From Felis catus (taxonomy: Eukaryota), in the NCBI RefSeq assembly GCF_018350175.1, contig NC_058368.1:65722001-65786000 (forward strand): DNA of 64,000 nt, read 5' to 3'. A program made the translations under genes and the position numbers. The notes under the pieces are model-generated. The model had not been told where the DNA came from. It was given only the letters and a program-made list of their open reading frames with translations, and did not search any database. This document shows, piece by piece, positions 12,919 through 26,480 of the stretch. Every line of letters begins with the position of its first letter. The first letter of the stretch is position 1.

Positions 12919-14442
12919 CTTGAGAAGTCTGGCTAGAGATTTATCAATTTCATTGATTATTTTTTCAAAGAACTTGCTCCTATTTTCATTGATCTGTATG
13001 TGTGTGTGCGTGTGTGGGTATGTTTTGTTTTGTTTTAGTTTCAGTATCGTTTGTTTTTATTATATGCTTCCTTCTGTTGGTTTTAAGGTTATTTTTCTTT
13101 TTCTAGCTCCTTTAGATATAAGGTTACGTGGTTTATTTGAGATTGTTCTTGCTTCTTAAAGTAGGCCTGTATTGCTATAAGCTTCCTTCTTAGAGCTACT
13201 TTTGCTACATCTCAAAGGTTTTGAATCACTGTTTTCATTTTCATTTGTTTCCATGTACTTTTTAATTTATTCTTGTATTTCATGGTTGACTAATTCATTG
13301 TCTAGTAGCATGTTATTTAACCTCCATGTATTTGTGATCTTCCCACAATGATTCTTGAGTTTGACTTCTGGTTTCATAGCATTGTTGTCAGAAAAAAACG
13401 CACAATTTGACTTCATTATTTTTGAGTTTGTGGAGGCTTGTTTTGTGGCCTAACATGTGTTCCCATCTGGAGAATCTTCCACGTGCAGTTGAAAAGAATT
13501 TGTGTTTGGATGTTTTAGAATGGAATGTTCTGAATATATCTGTTAAATCCATCTGGTCCAGTGTGTCATTTAAAGCCATTATTTCCTTGTTTTTCTGTTT
13601 AGATGATCTATTGATATAAATGAGGTGGTAAAGTCCCTAGTATGACTGTACTACTATCAGTTTCTTTATGTTTGTCATTAACTGTTTCGTGTATTTGGGT
13701 GCTGTCATGTTTGGTGTATAAATATTTACAATTGTTACATCTTTTTGTTGGATTGTTCCCTTTATTATTATGTGTTGTCCTTCTTTGTTAGAGTCTTTGT
13801 TTTAAGTTCTATTTTGTCCAGTATAAGTATTGCTACTCCAGCTTTCTTTTGACATCCATTTGCATGGCAAAATATTTCTCTATCCCCACACTTTTATCTA
13901 CAGGTGTCTTTAGGTCTAAGGTAAGTCTCTTCTAAGCAGCATATAGATGGGTCTTATTATTTTTTTTTTTTATCCATACTGTCACCCTGTGTCTTTTGAT
14001 TGGAGTATTTAGTCCATTTACAACAAGAGTAATTATTGATAGATATGTATTTTTTGCCATTTTATTACCTGTTTGTTTTTTTGTTTTTTTTTTTCTGAAG
14101 ATTTTCTCTGGTCTTTTCTTGACTTTCTTTAAGGGTTTGCTTCGTTTTTTTAGTGGTGTATTTGGATTTCTTCTTTTATTCTTTGCATATTTATAAATGG
14201 TTTTTGATTTGTGGTGACCATTAGGTTTGTATGTAACATCTTCTGCATATAGCAGTCTATATAAAATTAATGGTTATTTAAGTTTGAACCTATTCTTTAC
14301 TCCTTCTCACATTTTAGGTAGATAGTTTCACATTTCATGTTTTTTTTTTTTTATGAGTACTTTGATACTTTACAAAAATTTCATTTTTCCTGCTCTTGTG
14401 TTTCCTACCTTCATACTGTCACTTTTGGGCTTTCCTTTTTGC

Positions 14443-15285
14443 TTAAAGTGTCCCCTTTAATATTTCTTGTAGAGCTGTTTTAGTGGTCTGGGAGATTCTT
14501 TATCTCTCCTTCTATTTTGAATGATAGCTTGCTGAATAGAATATCCTTGGCTGCAGAATTTTCACATTTAGCACTTTGAGTATATAATTCCACTCCCTCT
14601 GACTTGGAAAATTTTATGCTGAAAAATCCCCTGAGAGCCTTATGGGGTTTCCCTTGTCTTCCTGTCTTCCTTTGTATTGCTGCTTTATTTTTTTTTTCTT
14701 TATCCCTAACCTTTGCTATTTTAATTGCAATATGTCTTGGCATGGGTCTGCTTTGGTTCATTTTGTTGGGAGATTCTCTGTGCCTTCTGGATCTGGATAT
14801 CTGTTTCCTTCCCTATATTACAGCTATTATCTCTTCAAATAAATTTTCTGCCCCCTTTTCTCACTCTTCTTCTTCTGGAACTCTTATAATGTGAATGTTT
14901 TATTACATTTGATGGAGACACTAAGTTCCTTAAGTCTATTCTCATTTTGCATAATTTTTTTTCTCTTCTTCTGTTCAACTTGATTACCTTCCATTATTCT
15001 GTCTTCTAGGTCACTAATTTGTTCCTCTGCTTCTTCTAGCCTCATGTTCATTCCATCAAATGTGTTTCTCATTTCATTTATTAAGCCTTCTATTTCTGCT
15101 ATATTATTCATTACCATTGTGTTAAGGGTCTCACTCATGTCTTTTACTCTTTTCTCAAGTCCAGTGAGTACCTTTATTACTTTAAATTCTCTATCAGCCT
15201 TGTTACTTATATTTGTTTCACTTAGATCTGTGTCCATGGGCTAGCCTTGTTCTGTCTTTTGGGACAAATTCCTCTGTCTTCTCAT
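14443..15285 (-). pseudogene. L1 ORF1p remnant (disrupted)
   Basis: MRRQRNLSQKTEQG*PMDTDLSETNIS...RLEEAEEQISDLEDRIME...PRHIAIKIAKVRDKE...ALQEILKGTL*; in-frame stop at 15241-15243 plus frameshifts. Confidence 0.9.
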
Positions 15286-16713
15286 TTTATCAAAATCTCT
15301 ATGTCTGCTTCTTTGTGTTAGTAATGTCAGTTACCTTTCCTGTTCTTGATGGTAATGACCTTATGATGAAGAGGTTCTGTAGTGTCTTGCAGTGTAATGT
15401 CCCCCTTTCCCCAGGTTTTGTCACTTCAGTGAGTGTCTCCAATACATGTTGTGTCTTGGTCACCAGTCATCGGCAGAGGCTCTTTTTGCCTGTTATGGGC
15501 AGTGTTTGGTCCCTTGCCTGAATGTGGCACATTTTAACCAGATGTGCTCTGGTTTGCTTGTGAATTGAGACCTGTCACCACTAACACCAGAACTCAGGCC
15601 TTGCAAAATTCCTACATCCAGAGACATGCTGTTGGCAGGGGTTTCAGCCAGTGTACTGATGGAGGGGGACCTACTACAGTGGGACTGAGGCAAGTGTGAC
15701 AGGGAAGGTGGTTCCACTAGAGAATGAGGAGAGATGGAGCTTGCTGTAAGTCAGTTAGATAGCAAGTGTTCAGCTATGCTGGTTCCTACAAGTGGTCTTG
15801 TGCTTATGCTGAGAGACTGGGGAAGGAAATGGCTAGTGCCATTAGTATTTCTGGAGGGATGCCTCCATGGATGCTGCCTCTCTGGGACATGCTTGGAGAT
15901 AAGCAAATAACTTACCACTGATGTGTGCCCCAGGCACTCTTCAGATCACTGTTTCCACGCTATATATTTGTGGGCTGTTTGCTCTGCCTCCTTTCTAAGA
16001 GCAGTGGGGTGCCTTCTAGGCTGTCCCCACGCCAAATGTACTGATCTTTAGAACTCCAGGCTTTAAGATCTGCTGTTGGCAAGAACTCACAAAATTTGGT
16101 CTTAACTTGCTTTCCAAGCCAATTGCTATGGGGATATGTCTTCCTTGTAAGGGCTCCCCTGTGTGTTAGTTTCTTTTTTGCCTTTGTATGTGACTGTAGC
16201 TCTCTCCCCACCATAGTGGCCATGATCTGTTTTTCTTCCAAATGTTGTCTCTGCACTTCCTACCTTCTTTGATGTGCCCTCTTCCCCTCTTCTCTACTTT
16301 TAGTGGTGACGTATTTTCTGCTAGTCTTCAGGTCAATTTCTGGGGTGTTTAGGGTGATTTTGTAGTTGTCTAGTTGTACTCAAGAGACAAGGTGAACTGA
16401 GGGTCCTTCTATTTAGCTACTGTCTTTCCTCTCTCCTCAAAGGTTTATTTTCTTTACAACTTTTTCTGGTCTTGCTCATCAAACTCTCAGGTTGCTATTT
16501 AATAATACCTAAGATAATTATAGAAAAGAAATGAAGATTATTATTTTTAAATAAATAGGTTGTTGAAGGAAGTCATTACAAATAATTCCCAAAACCTTTA
16601 TGAATGATCCTGATGTACCAGTATTAAGATATGATTTGTGTCCTTCAGCAACTTAGCATCTGGGTGAAAAGACAGACATGGAACTTAAATGATTAAACAC
16701 ATGCCCAAAGATA

Positions 16714-16812
16714 TATAAGCAAAGTCTTATATGAGTGCAAAACATACAGTATATATAGTATATATAGTATATACAGTATAAGCAAAGTCTGTGAGTGCAA
16801 AACATACAGTAT
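16714..16812. repeat. Short duplication (about 38 bp) with filler
   Basis: tataagcaaagtct..tgagtgcaaaacatacagtat at 16714 and 16777. Confidence 0.9.
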
Positions 16813-19395
16813 TAATCATATTAGGGAATACCAAGAGTACACAAAGTAGGACTTGGGGGATGTATATAATTTCAATAAACAAAGCAACATCGGAAAAGTA
16901 TTTCAGTTCTTAGAAATAGCATAGGTAAAGGTCAGAATAAAAATAAATCTGTGGCATGTTTGAAAATGGCATATAGTCCTATTTTCTGTTTTTCTCTTCC
17001 TATCAAGGTCAGAGCTAAAAGCTTAAGTCATAATGATTATTTCCTTGGTATTTAATAGATTTTCTTCCTGCTCTTTACTAAACATTTTTTTCCTGATTCT
17101 AATTCAAAGCTATGTTGCATATGTGTCTTTTATTTTAAATCACCTACAATTATTTTGGAAGTAGAATGGATATTGATTATAAATGTGTTTAAATGTAATT
17201 CCAGTTTGTCTTGAATCAGTGGCTTGCTGCCAACTCAGCCTAAGCAGACCTCATTTGTAGTAAAAATGGCATTTTGGAAATTGCTTAAGCAATTCTGTTA
17301 GAATAACACCAACTGATCTTTTCTCCTGAGGACCATGACCATCTGAGTTTTTTGAAAATCGTAATTCCTCTTTTTTTGTCACTAGACCTTTACCATTCAA
17401 TCTTTCATAAATTATTTTTTACTGTCCATAAGATTGACTAATCAAATCATATGTAACCACTGTATATTTACTTTTATAAGACTCTGTATGCTTTGCCAAG
17501 ATTCTCCAAAGTGTTTTTAAAGGATATAAGCTGCTCCTAGTTAGTTGCCCGTATTCAATGAGTTTGGAAGAAGGTGCACGTACAAATACTTCCTTCTAAT
17601 AATTTTACCAACCCATGTATAAACTTCAGTAATCTAAAGTATCTGTCTGCCAGTTCAGTATACTTTTCACTACAGTTATTGTCTGTCTGTTTGATTAGAA
17701 AAAAGGCATTATTAAAATTTTTCTGGTACTTGAAATAACATGATGCTATATAGTTTTGCCTTGAACCTAACAAAACTATTGGATTTAGTGTTTGCTTTCT
17801 TCTTTCAGTGCTAGCCTTCCCTCAGATTTATTTGACAGCTCACTATTTAAAGTTTTAGACAATCTACACCTTTTCTTGTGTCATTGAACTAGAACCTTAG
17901 CTTCCAGGCAGCATTCTACTTTAACAGATGTAGATGTACTCAGAAATTTTTCTGACTTTAGTCTTATTGTTCCTGAGCCTTTACAAATGTAAAAAAAAAG
18001 TCACTGTCACAAATAATAAACTATTTTCTATATATATTATCCTTATATATCTCACTAATTTAATCAGTGGAGAATCCAAAGCTTAGAATCATCAAGTGAT
18101 ATCCCCAAATCTAGTAAGTGATGTAGACAAACCTTAGGCCATAGCCTCAAATCTTTGTTCTTTTTGTTGCTTCTCCACTACTTTTTTGAGCTGATGAAGT
18201 GGCTAAAAACCATTGCTTTTACAAAATTTTTCTGAAGAGCACAAGTACACATTTTCCCTATGTGTGCTGAGGACTGGAAAATGTACGGGTGGTTTGTATA
18301 ACTTAGTTCCTTTGATAAGGAAGCATTACTTTTGGTTTGTTTTAAGTGATGTAACTCAAGATTAATGTTTCACTTAATTCATTAGAAATGTTTGTGCTTT
18401 TAACTTACCTTAAATAATATAAACTAAGTGGTAGGAATTTGGATAAGTTTCTTGTCCTGGTTGGAAGCTGAGTCAAGGTGAGGTTGAGATCACTTTTGAT
18501 GTGGATCTGGGCATATAATTGACCTACATAATAAATAAAGTCATATAACCTTGCATTTTTGATAAGTAACTGCTGTGAGTGATAGTTCGAACCAAGAGGG
18601 CAAGATGGATTCAAAGCAGACTATTTACTAAATTGTTGCATGAGAGTTCAGCACCATGGGCAGCTCCTGGCAGAAAGGTTACTCTGATGATCTGAGTAAA
18701 ATGGCAATACAGGTTCTAAATCTACTTGTTCATTTATTATTTTTTTTTCTGTTCTCTCACTGAAATTTTGTGATGCTGCTTTTTTGCTTTTTTAATGCTT
18801 ATCTTTTTTAATGCCTCTTGTAAGATCAGAAAACTATACCCATTTTCTCAAGGACATTCATTCTATGCATTTTGTAAAACGATTCCACCTTCTGGCTTGG
18901 CCCTCAACCTGAGGACACATCCTCAAGGAGACATGGAAAGTAGCAGATAGAATTTAATTCTGTGTGTTACATTTATACACATCTGGTAATGCCTCTTTTC
19001 TTACGCTGAAGCAAGACCTCATTTTAGGATTGCAGCCAGTCTTTCCTCTATGAAACTAAAATTCTCACAATTTGTTTATTTGTTTGCTTCGTTTATGAAG
19101 TGAATGTTTTATTTTAGTTTATCTTTTCCAGTTTGGAGCAAAGATACATTTTTTTTTCCTTTTTATAATGATAATCACAAAAAAATACAGAATTTTCTTT
19201 TAATCATCTAGTTGTCCTCCAGCCAGTCCTCACTATGCTGCCTAAAACTGTGCTTTACTGAAATGTTAACATATTTCTTCTCTCCAGACTTTTTGTAATC
19301 CATCTGTTTCAGACGTACTGTCCAGAACAGTTTTCTGTGATGTGTCCTCAATACCATTTTGCCTCTTTTACCAAAACAATGCAAACATAAGAGGA

Positions 19396-19590
19396 TTTTT
19401 TAAAAAATGTTTATTCAGTTTTGAGAGAGAAAGTAAGATTGGGGTAGGGGGAGAGAGAGAAGCACAGAGGATCTGAAGCAGGCTCTACACTGACAGTAGA
19501 GAGCCCAATGCAAGGCTTGAATTCAGGAACCCTGAGATCATGACTTGAGCTGACGTCGGATGCTCAGCAGACTGAGCCACCCAAGCACCT
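19396..19590 (-). mobile_element. Can-SINE, older
   Basis: gagatcatgacttgagctg...ctgagccacccaagcacc. Confidence 0.88.
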
Positions 19591-19914
19591 GACATCAGAA
19601 AATTTTAAATCCTAAATATCCTCTTCTTTCAATCAGAGAAGAACACAAGTAATTTACTTCCGGAAGTGCAAGATAACAAAATTAAAGACCTTATTTTTTC
19701 TCCTGTCTCTATGGCCAAGTCATAGTTGCTTTAAACCACTAACTTACAGCTTTAAGGCATGATATAGAAAAGTTATCTCCTAAGACAGCTTTTGTGCAGG
19801 AACCTTCCAGCAATTGAGAAATCATTGGTTGGTCATGCCCACAGTGACCACAATCTCAAACCACTTTTGCTTATGCCTATACATATTTGAAAAAATATTC
19901 TTCATTAATAATAA

Positions 19915-20355
19915 TACATTTGCATATTTGAAAGTTGCCAAGTGTAGATCTTCATAGTTCTCATCAGAAGAGAAAAAGATTGGGGCACCTAGGTGGCTTA
20001 GTTGGTTAAGCGTCCAACTTCGGCTCAGGTCACGATCTCACTGTTTGTGGGTTCAAGCCCCGTGTGGTGCTCTGTGCTGACAGCTCAGAGCCTGGAGCCT
20101 GCTTCAGATTCTGTGTCTCCCTCTCTCTCTCTGCTCCTCCCCGACTCATGCTCTGTCTCTCTCTGTCTCTCAAAAGCAAATAAAAATTAAAAAAAAATTT
20201 AAAAAAAAGAGAAAAAGATTCTGTGTATGGTGATGAAGTTAACTAGACTTATTGTGCTGATAGTTTTATACGATGATATAATGTTGAATATGTTGTGCAC
20301 AAACATGTATTTTAAATATGTATGAAACTTAATATGTCAATTATATATCAATAAA
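19915..20355 (+). mobile_element. Old L1M 3' end, interrupted by a SINE
   Basis: tatttgaaagttgccaag..gtagatctt..gttctcatca...gtatggtgatg..gttaactag...tatgtcaattatatatcaataaa. Confidence 0.75.
19982..20206 (+). mobile_element. Can-SINE
   Basis: TSD aagagaaaaagatt on both sides. Confidence 0.94.
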
Positions 20356-20934
20356 ATAACAACAAGAACAACATTAAAACATATTTCTTTCTAAACTTTT
20401 CTGTATTTATGGGAAGATAATTAAGTTTCTTCATGGGATTAAAGAATGGCAGTATTTTTTCTCTTACAATAAAGACAAATCTGTTTCGGCACTAATCTGA
20501 TGAAAGACTGTTAAGAGGTGATGACTTCTTGTTTTTCCATGAAGTATTTTTCAGATTCAAATGGCTGTTTCAAATGAAAAACTTATTCCTTTCATACATC
20601 ATGTTTCTGAGGGTTTCCTGATTGAATGGGCATTATACTGCATAAATCTTGATTTTCTTCACATAAGACCAACAGCTTAGTTGTTGCTGTCCTCTATGGT
20701 CCTGGAAGTTGCAACTGACTATATTATTCTAAGTTATCTTTAAAGATGTTTAACAGGGATGTTATATGCAGTAATGTGTGAAGGAATTTAAATTGTTCAG
20801 TAGCCACTGAAACAGAAAAGAAATGTGTATTTTGTTTTAGATGAGTAAGAAATAATTATTATTTGGCATGTTTCATATACAGTACTTGAATTTCAGAAGT
20901 GTTGTGTTTGGAAAGAAAGTAGCTTATGTTTCTT

Positions 20935-21137
20935 AAAAATTTATTTATTGATTTTGAGATAGAGAAAGAGAGACAGAGTGGGGGAGGGGCAGAGAGAGAG
21001 AGGGAGAGGATCCCAAGTGGGCTGTGCATTGTCAGCACAGAGCCCAATGCGCAGCTCGAACTCACAAACCGCGAGACCATGACCTGAGCCAAAATCAAGA
21101 GTCAGACCCTTAACCAACTGAGCCACCCAGGCACCCC
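20935..21137 (-). mobile_element. Can-SINE
   Basis: Reverse head ...aaccaactgagccacccaggcacccc. Confidence 0.92.
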
Positions 21138-22696
21138 TAGCTAATATTTTTGAGTACCTACTGTGTATCCATTATTGCAGAGGTTGACTTATGTATAATA
21201 GTTAATTACATCCTTGAAAATTCAGTATTCTCACTTAATTATCATTCCTAATTGCTATTGTCATTTATATAAAGTGCTGAAATTGTGCGTTAGGTCAATC
21301 CATGTCTCATTGAGGGAGGTTAAATCATGTGTCTGAAGTCACAAACATAGTTAATAAGATTGCTGCAGTGTAGATCCAGGTCAGTCTGATACTAATGCTT
21401 GTTTGACTGCAGTTGACAATGGAATGTGGCAGTATTTATAGTAAATGGCCTGAATACCTATCCCTTACTATTCAATCAATCAGTATACATTAACGGCACT
21501 ATAATATTGGACATTGTTTAAATTGTTTATTGGTCCCTCTGCTAGATGTTACATTTCTTTTTAATTCAAGATGGATAGAGGAAATAGAAACTCTCCCTCT
21601 GCCATCTCTTTCTTCAATACTTTTCTTCTTACTCTTTTTTCACATCACCATTTAGTGAGGAAATTTTTCCATTGTTCAATAGAATATAGGGAGATCAGGT
21701 TCGAGAAAATACGTGAAACTTTGTATCCAGTTGGAAATGTGGATACTATGCCCAAGATACTAGTTTTCTCTGTCTTTAGGTAATCTGTGATACATATGAT
21801 ATTTTTCTTACATCCATCTTAATTTTAATTTTTTAGCAATTAAGTGAAAATCTGTATAATTTATTTTTACTAAAAACAGTTTTGCATGCATCACTTAATT
21901 TTAAAGACAAAGTTCTGAGTCTAGTTCTTGCTTCTAGCCTGGTTTCCGTAAATTCTACTGAACAGTGATGAAGCTTTTCTCAATAAAGAGTAGACTTGGG
22001 ATAAAATAAGAGAGAAGTATGTAATAGAGAGCAAGAGAGTAGAGGAAAAATTTCTGGCTTCCCTTTCCTTTTTGATGAGTAGTGCCTTCACAGTCAGGCA
22101 TACACTGCTGAGATATTCAGTAGTGGAAAGAATGATACACTTGTCTAAAGCTCTCAAGTAGTTTTAAATAATTGTTAAGAATTACATTTCCATCATTAAC
22201 TTACATTTACATAATTCTTTACTTAGTACTTTTGCATAAATAACAATTAAGGTAATAGATGTATTTAAAACAGTATGGTAGTTTAAAAAGTTCCCCTCAG
22301 CTCTCTTTTTACCAGATAGTCATCAAGGTCTGTGAGAAGCTGTTGGTAAATATTTGGATATGCTCTCTTAGGCCCATCTGCAGTTTTTCTGAATGTATTA
22401 CCTTTAAAAAGAACAATTTTTCTTTATAACTGAAGAATTAGAGCTTGATAGTACTGAGAATTATGCCCATTTTAGTACAAATTAGCTAAAGAAACGTAAG
22501 TTGCTTTATTGTCCACCCTCTTGAGATTTCTAGTAAACTTTACTACACATACAAAAATTTAGTGTCTTCTGTTAAGTAATTGAATAAGCCATTCTGCTAC
22601 AACTCTCATTTTAATATCCGTAGATATTCAGCATGCCTGATACTATTTTACATCATTTATGGATGAGAAATAGCAGTGCCTGTCTGATTTTTCCCA

Positions 22697-22990
22697 TTCT
22701 CTCTCTCTCTCTCTCTCTCCCTCCCTCCCTCTCTCTCTCTCTCCCTCCCTCCCTCTCTCCCTCCCTCTCTCTCTCTCCCCCTCCCTCCCTCCCTCTCTCT
22801 CTCTCTCTCCCCCTCCCTCCCTCCCTCTCCCCCTCTCCCTCTCTCCCTCTCTCTCTCTCCCTCCCTCCCTCTCTCCCTCCCTCCCTCCCTCTCCCTCTCT
22901 CTCTCTCTTCCTCTCTCTCTCTCTCTCCCTCCCTCCCTCTCCCTCTCCCTCTCCCTCCCTCTCTCTCTCTCTCCCCCCAACCCCCCCCCC
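22697..22990. repeat. Polypyrimidine (CT/CCCT)n tract
   Basis: About 280 bp of only C/T followed by a C run. Confidence 0.97.
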
Positions 22991-23960
22991 ATTCTGTTTA
23001 ATCTCTTGAAATAAAGCATGCAATATTCCCTGCTGAGGGCTCACTAAATTGTGCTGGATTCCTTTTCCTTACTATACTGTGTTTCTCTTGATTTCCATAG
23101 ACAGTGCCCTGAAATGGAAATTGAGGTGGTGAAAGCGCCCACAAGCCTCTAGTTCATACATTTGCTGGTTGAGACATTTATCTGAGTGAGAAATTGGTTT
23201 CTGAAAAATAAGGCTTTCCTTGTAGTTCATTGCCTATCTCAAAATATACTTTCCTGTATAGCTTATTACATGTTATTCAGAAGTTTCATACCTTTTTCCA
23301 CCAAAAGAAAAAACTTTCAAATTTGTTCTTCATTCAGCGTGAGCACAAATTGAAAAGCAGCAACTGCACTTGATACTTGGCTCCTACACCAACTGTAGAA
23401 AACTGCAAGGCTCGCAAAGTGTGTTACTCTGGCAAGACAGCATAAGCCAAGGCTGCCCAATGTGATGAGGCTGAATTGAACGTCAGAGGTGGCCTTGTAC
23501 CAGATACAAACTTAAGAAACTGGGTTGTGTTCATGTTGCCACACAACTTTCCTGCAGGCACAACAGGATAAGCACCTTCAGGTACTACTCCAGACAAAAG
23601 GTGGGGATGGCATTACTTAAGCCAGAGTTGTGTTTATTTCTTAGATGTAACACTTGATTCCCAGACATCAGCCTGAGGGACACTCATCCCACTTGGTCAT
23701 TCTCATTGGGCCCTTCGCCAAGATCTCAGTGGTTCTCTGTTATGCTGCCATGAGATATTTTTTTCACATCTCTTTCTAGCAAATGAAGACAAGTCATTCT
23801 TAAATTTTTACTCATGAAATTCTACTGAGAATGAAATCCCATGATATTAAAGACATTTTCTAAATGTTCTAGAATAATTCACATTCACTTAAAATCAGCA
23901 CTAAATAAAAGTCAAGCTCTTCAGTTATACACTGGTGATAGCTTTAAGAGTGCCTAAAGC

Positions 23961-24162
23961 GGGGTGCCTGGGTGGCTCAGTCAGTTAAGTGTCTGACTTC
24001 GGCTCAGGTCATGTTCTCACGGTTTGTGGGTTCGAGCCCCACATTGAGTTCTGTGCTGACAGCTCGGAGCCTGGAGCCTGCTTCGGATTCTGTGTCTCCT
24101 CTCTCTCTCTGCCCCTCCCCCACTTGCACTTGGTCTCTCTCAAAAATAAACATTAAAAAAAA
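23961..24162 (+). mobile_element. Can-SINE
   Basis: Head ggggtgcctgggtggctcag; A-rich tail. Confidence 0.93.
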
Positions 24163-24258
24163 AGAGCCCCTAAATAAATGAGAATTTCTGACATATTTAG
24201 AAATAAGTTTATGGAACACTTATATAGCCTTCTCCTTTTATTGTAGAATATTACTTCC

Positions 24259-24442
24259 TGGGGCTCCTAGGTGGCTCAGTCAGTTAAGCTTCTGACTCTT
24301 GGTTTCGGCTCAGGTCAGGATCTCACGGTTTGTGAGTTCAAGCCTCCATATTGGGCTCCGTGCTGTCACTGGGATTCTCTCTCTCTCCTCTCTCTATCCC
24401 TCCCCCACTCTTGCACTCTCTCAAAAATCAAAACTTAAAAAT
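24259..24442 (+). mobile_element. Can-SINE, older
   Basis: Head ggggctcctaggtggctcag; TSD similar to ttacttcct/tcacttcct. Confidence 0.9.
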
Positions 24443-24615
24443 AATCACTTCCTAAAACCATTCTAAAGTATGTTTATATTTACTAACAGAGCGAGAAATT
24501 GATTCACTAACATTTTCAATTTATGTTTCTTGAGTTGACAAGAGTAGGCATAATACCAACTGCTAAACACTAAAACTTTTACTTTTTAAACATTAAAAAT
24601 AAGCAATATCATTCA

Positions 24616-24810
24616 TTTTTATTTATTTTACTTTATTTATTTCAGAGAGAGGGAGGGAGGGAGAGAGAGAGAGAGAGAATGAATCTCAAGCATGTTCTGC
24701 ATTGTCAGTGCAGAGCCCAGCCCAGAGCTCAGTATCACAAACCTTGAGATCATGACCTGAGCCAAAAACAAGAGTCAGACACTTAACTGACTGAGCCACC
24801 ACGGGCCCCT
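24616..24810 (-). mobile_element. Can-SINE, older
   Basis: TSD tat(c/g)attcattttt. Confidence 0.9.
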
Positions 24811-26480
24811 ATGATTCATTTTTAAATCAACAGAGTGGGCAATTTAGAAATTGGCAAAAAATATACACAGTCAAATGTTAGAAGTGTTCAGTATTATATT
24901 ACTTATTTTGAACATGAACTTTCAAGCATGAGTACCTGATCTAGAAAGGAGGGATGATTTTTAAAACACATTGAAACATAAAAATATTTATTTTAGATAT
25001 TGGAAAATATCATCAGAGTGAATTTTCTTTCAAAAGTGACCTGTTTCTTAGGTTACTGAAACATATCTTAAAATAGTTCTACTCCCCCCAAAAGCAATTT
25101 ATTTTATAATAAAAAATGAAATTGAGATTTAAAATACATTCTCATTCATTTCTTTTTTATTATTAACTGATGTTTTTCAACCTATATTGAAAATGATGAG
25201 CACAAAGAAATTGAGGAGGTGATTGTGACACTGCTGATGTTAATTGGTGTTTTACCTTTATTTTTTACTATGCTCTGCAGATTTTGAACTTTTTTTCCGC
25301 TTATTTCTCTTCTGAGAGTTAAAAGGTCAATCAGGAACAAGAAAGATGTTAATGAAACCTTATGTAATCATGAGTCTCATCCAGTTTTCATACGAAAAAG
25401 CTGTACTGGAAAATATCTTGAAATTCAGTTGAATGCAGAGTGTTTGTAAACATTGAAGACACTAATGCCAAGTAGAAAGACTTTTGATATTTTTCCTCTT
25501 GAAAATATATGCAGATACATGAAAATATGCATCTTTAAATTTGAGATAAATCTTTCTGAACATGTTGTAATGAATTTGTAACCCAAGAAAATGCTACATG
25601 CTACGTTTCTACCCTTATGATCTCTTAATATGCCTTTTCGACTGGTAAATTGTGGTAAATGTACTTCATAAGGCAGAAAGATCATTTCCAACTGATATGA
25701 ATTTCCTTTTTCCTACTTCACGAACTTGGAATATTTAAAGTTTTGGTATTGGTTTGAACAAAAGTTAAAAGTTCAACAAAAAACATGAAGAGGACATAAT
25801 AATTCACACACTAAATAAAGATATAAAAAGGAATTTAAGAATCTCTCCTTATTCCTAGTCTGCCTACTCTTTTGACTATTTTAATACCTCTTTTTCTTCA
25901 TCTATTTTTAGCAGCAGCTATGAAAGATAAGCAAGGAACTCATTTGCGTTAACCACTTTCCCCTTCCTCTTCCTTTTTTAATTTTTTTAACTTCTGTTGT
26001 TCTATTTCTTCTCATATTCGTTGCCTTTATAGCTTTAAATGACATATTTGAAGCTTTATTTCCTGAGCAGTCAACTTCTGACAAGTGTCTCTTGCCTCCC
26101 TGCCGTGCACCTTAAGGAATTCCTTTCTAATGCTTCTTCTTCCTCTCCCCACCCTTAGTTGGTACAGGACTGCTCAGCTGAAACCCCTGAGGGTTTCTTC
26201 ATCATATTCAGAAGGAGATCCAAGGTCCTTTCCATGACCCACAAAGTCTTAGGTACTATATCTGACCCCAGCCTTTCTTTCAGACCTCAGCTCTTACCTC
26301 TCATCTGTTCTCTCTTCTCTAGCCTTGGGCTTCGTGCTGGGACTTAAACATGACCAACCAATACCAGAGGCAGTGGTCATTGGATGCACTCCCTGTAGAG
26401 TACTTTCTATGAATTGATGCATGCTTACTTCCTCCCTGAGATCACTTGCTCTATATCCCTTTTAAAAGTACCTATACATT

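Larger units (their letters stand above)
9430..14060 (-). pseudogene. L1 ORF2p remnant (EN/RT), disrupted; 3' end approximate
   Basis: Starts MAKNTYLSIITLVVNGLNTPIKRHRV; contains LNDTLDQMDLTDIFRTFH and RPETIKILKE; many stops and two nested insertions. Confidence 0.88.
9170..16436 (-). mobile_element. Apparently full-length inactive carnivore LINE-1
   Basis: 5'UTR at about 15286-16436, ORF1 and ORF2 remnants, 3'UTR and poly(T) near 9180; TSD tcaaaagtttcttttcttt (9151-9169) vs tcaaaggtttattttcttt (16437-16455), 17/19 identical. Confidence 0.93.

Noticed and set aside
9170..16436. Active L1
   Set aside because: In-frame stops, frameshifts and two insertions in ORF2.
22633..23044. Three 120-133 aa ORFs (SL/PP-rich and RE/GR-rich)
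   Set aside because: Translations of the CT/CCCT tract, which lacks stop codons.
23101..23152. Good plus-strand acceptor followed by QCPEMEIEVVKAPTSL*
   Set aside because: Very short, unrecognised, no supporting donor or partner exon.
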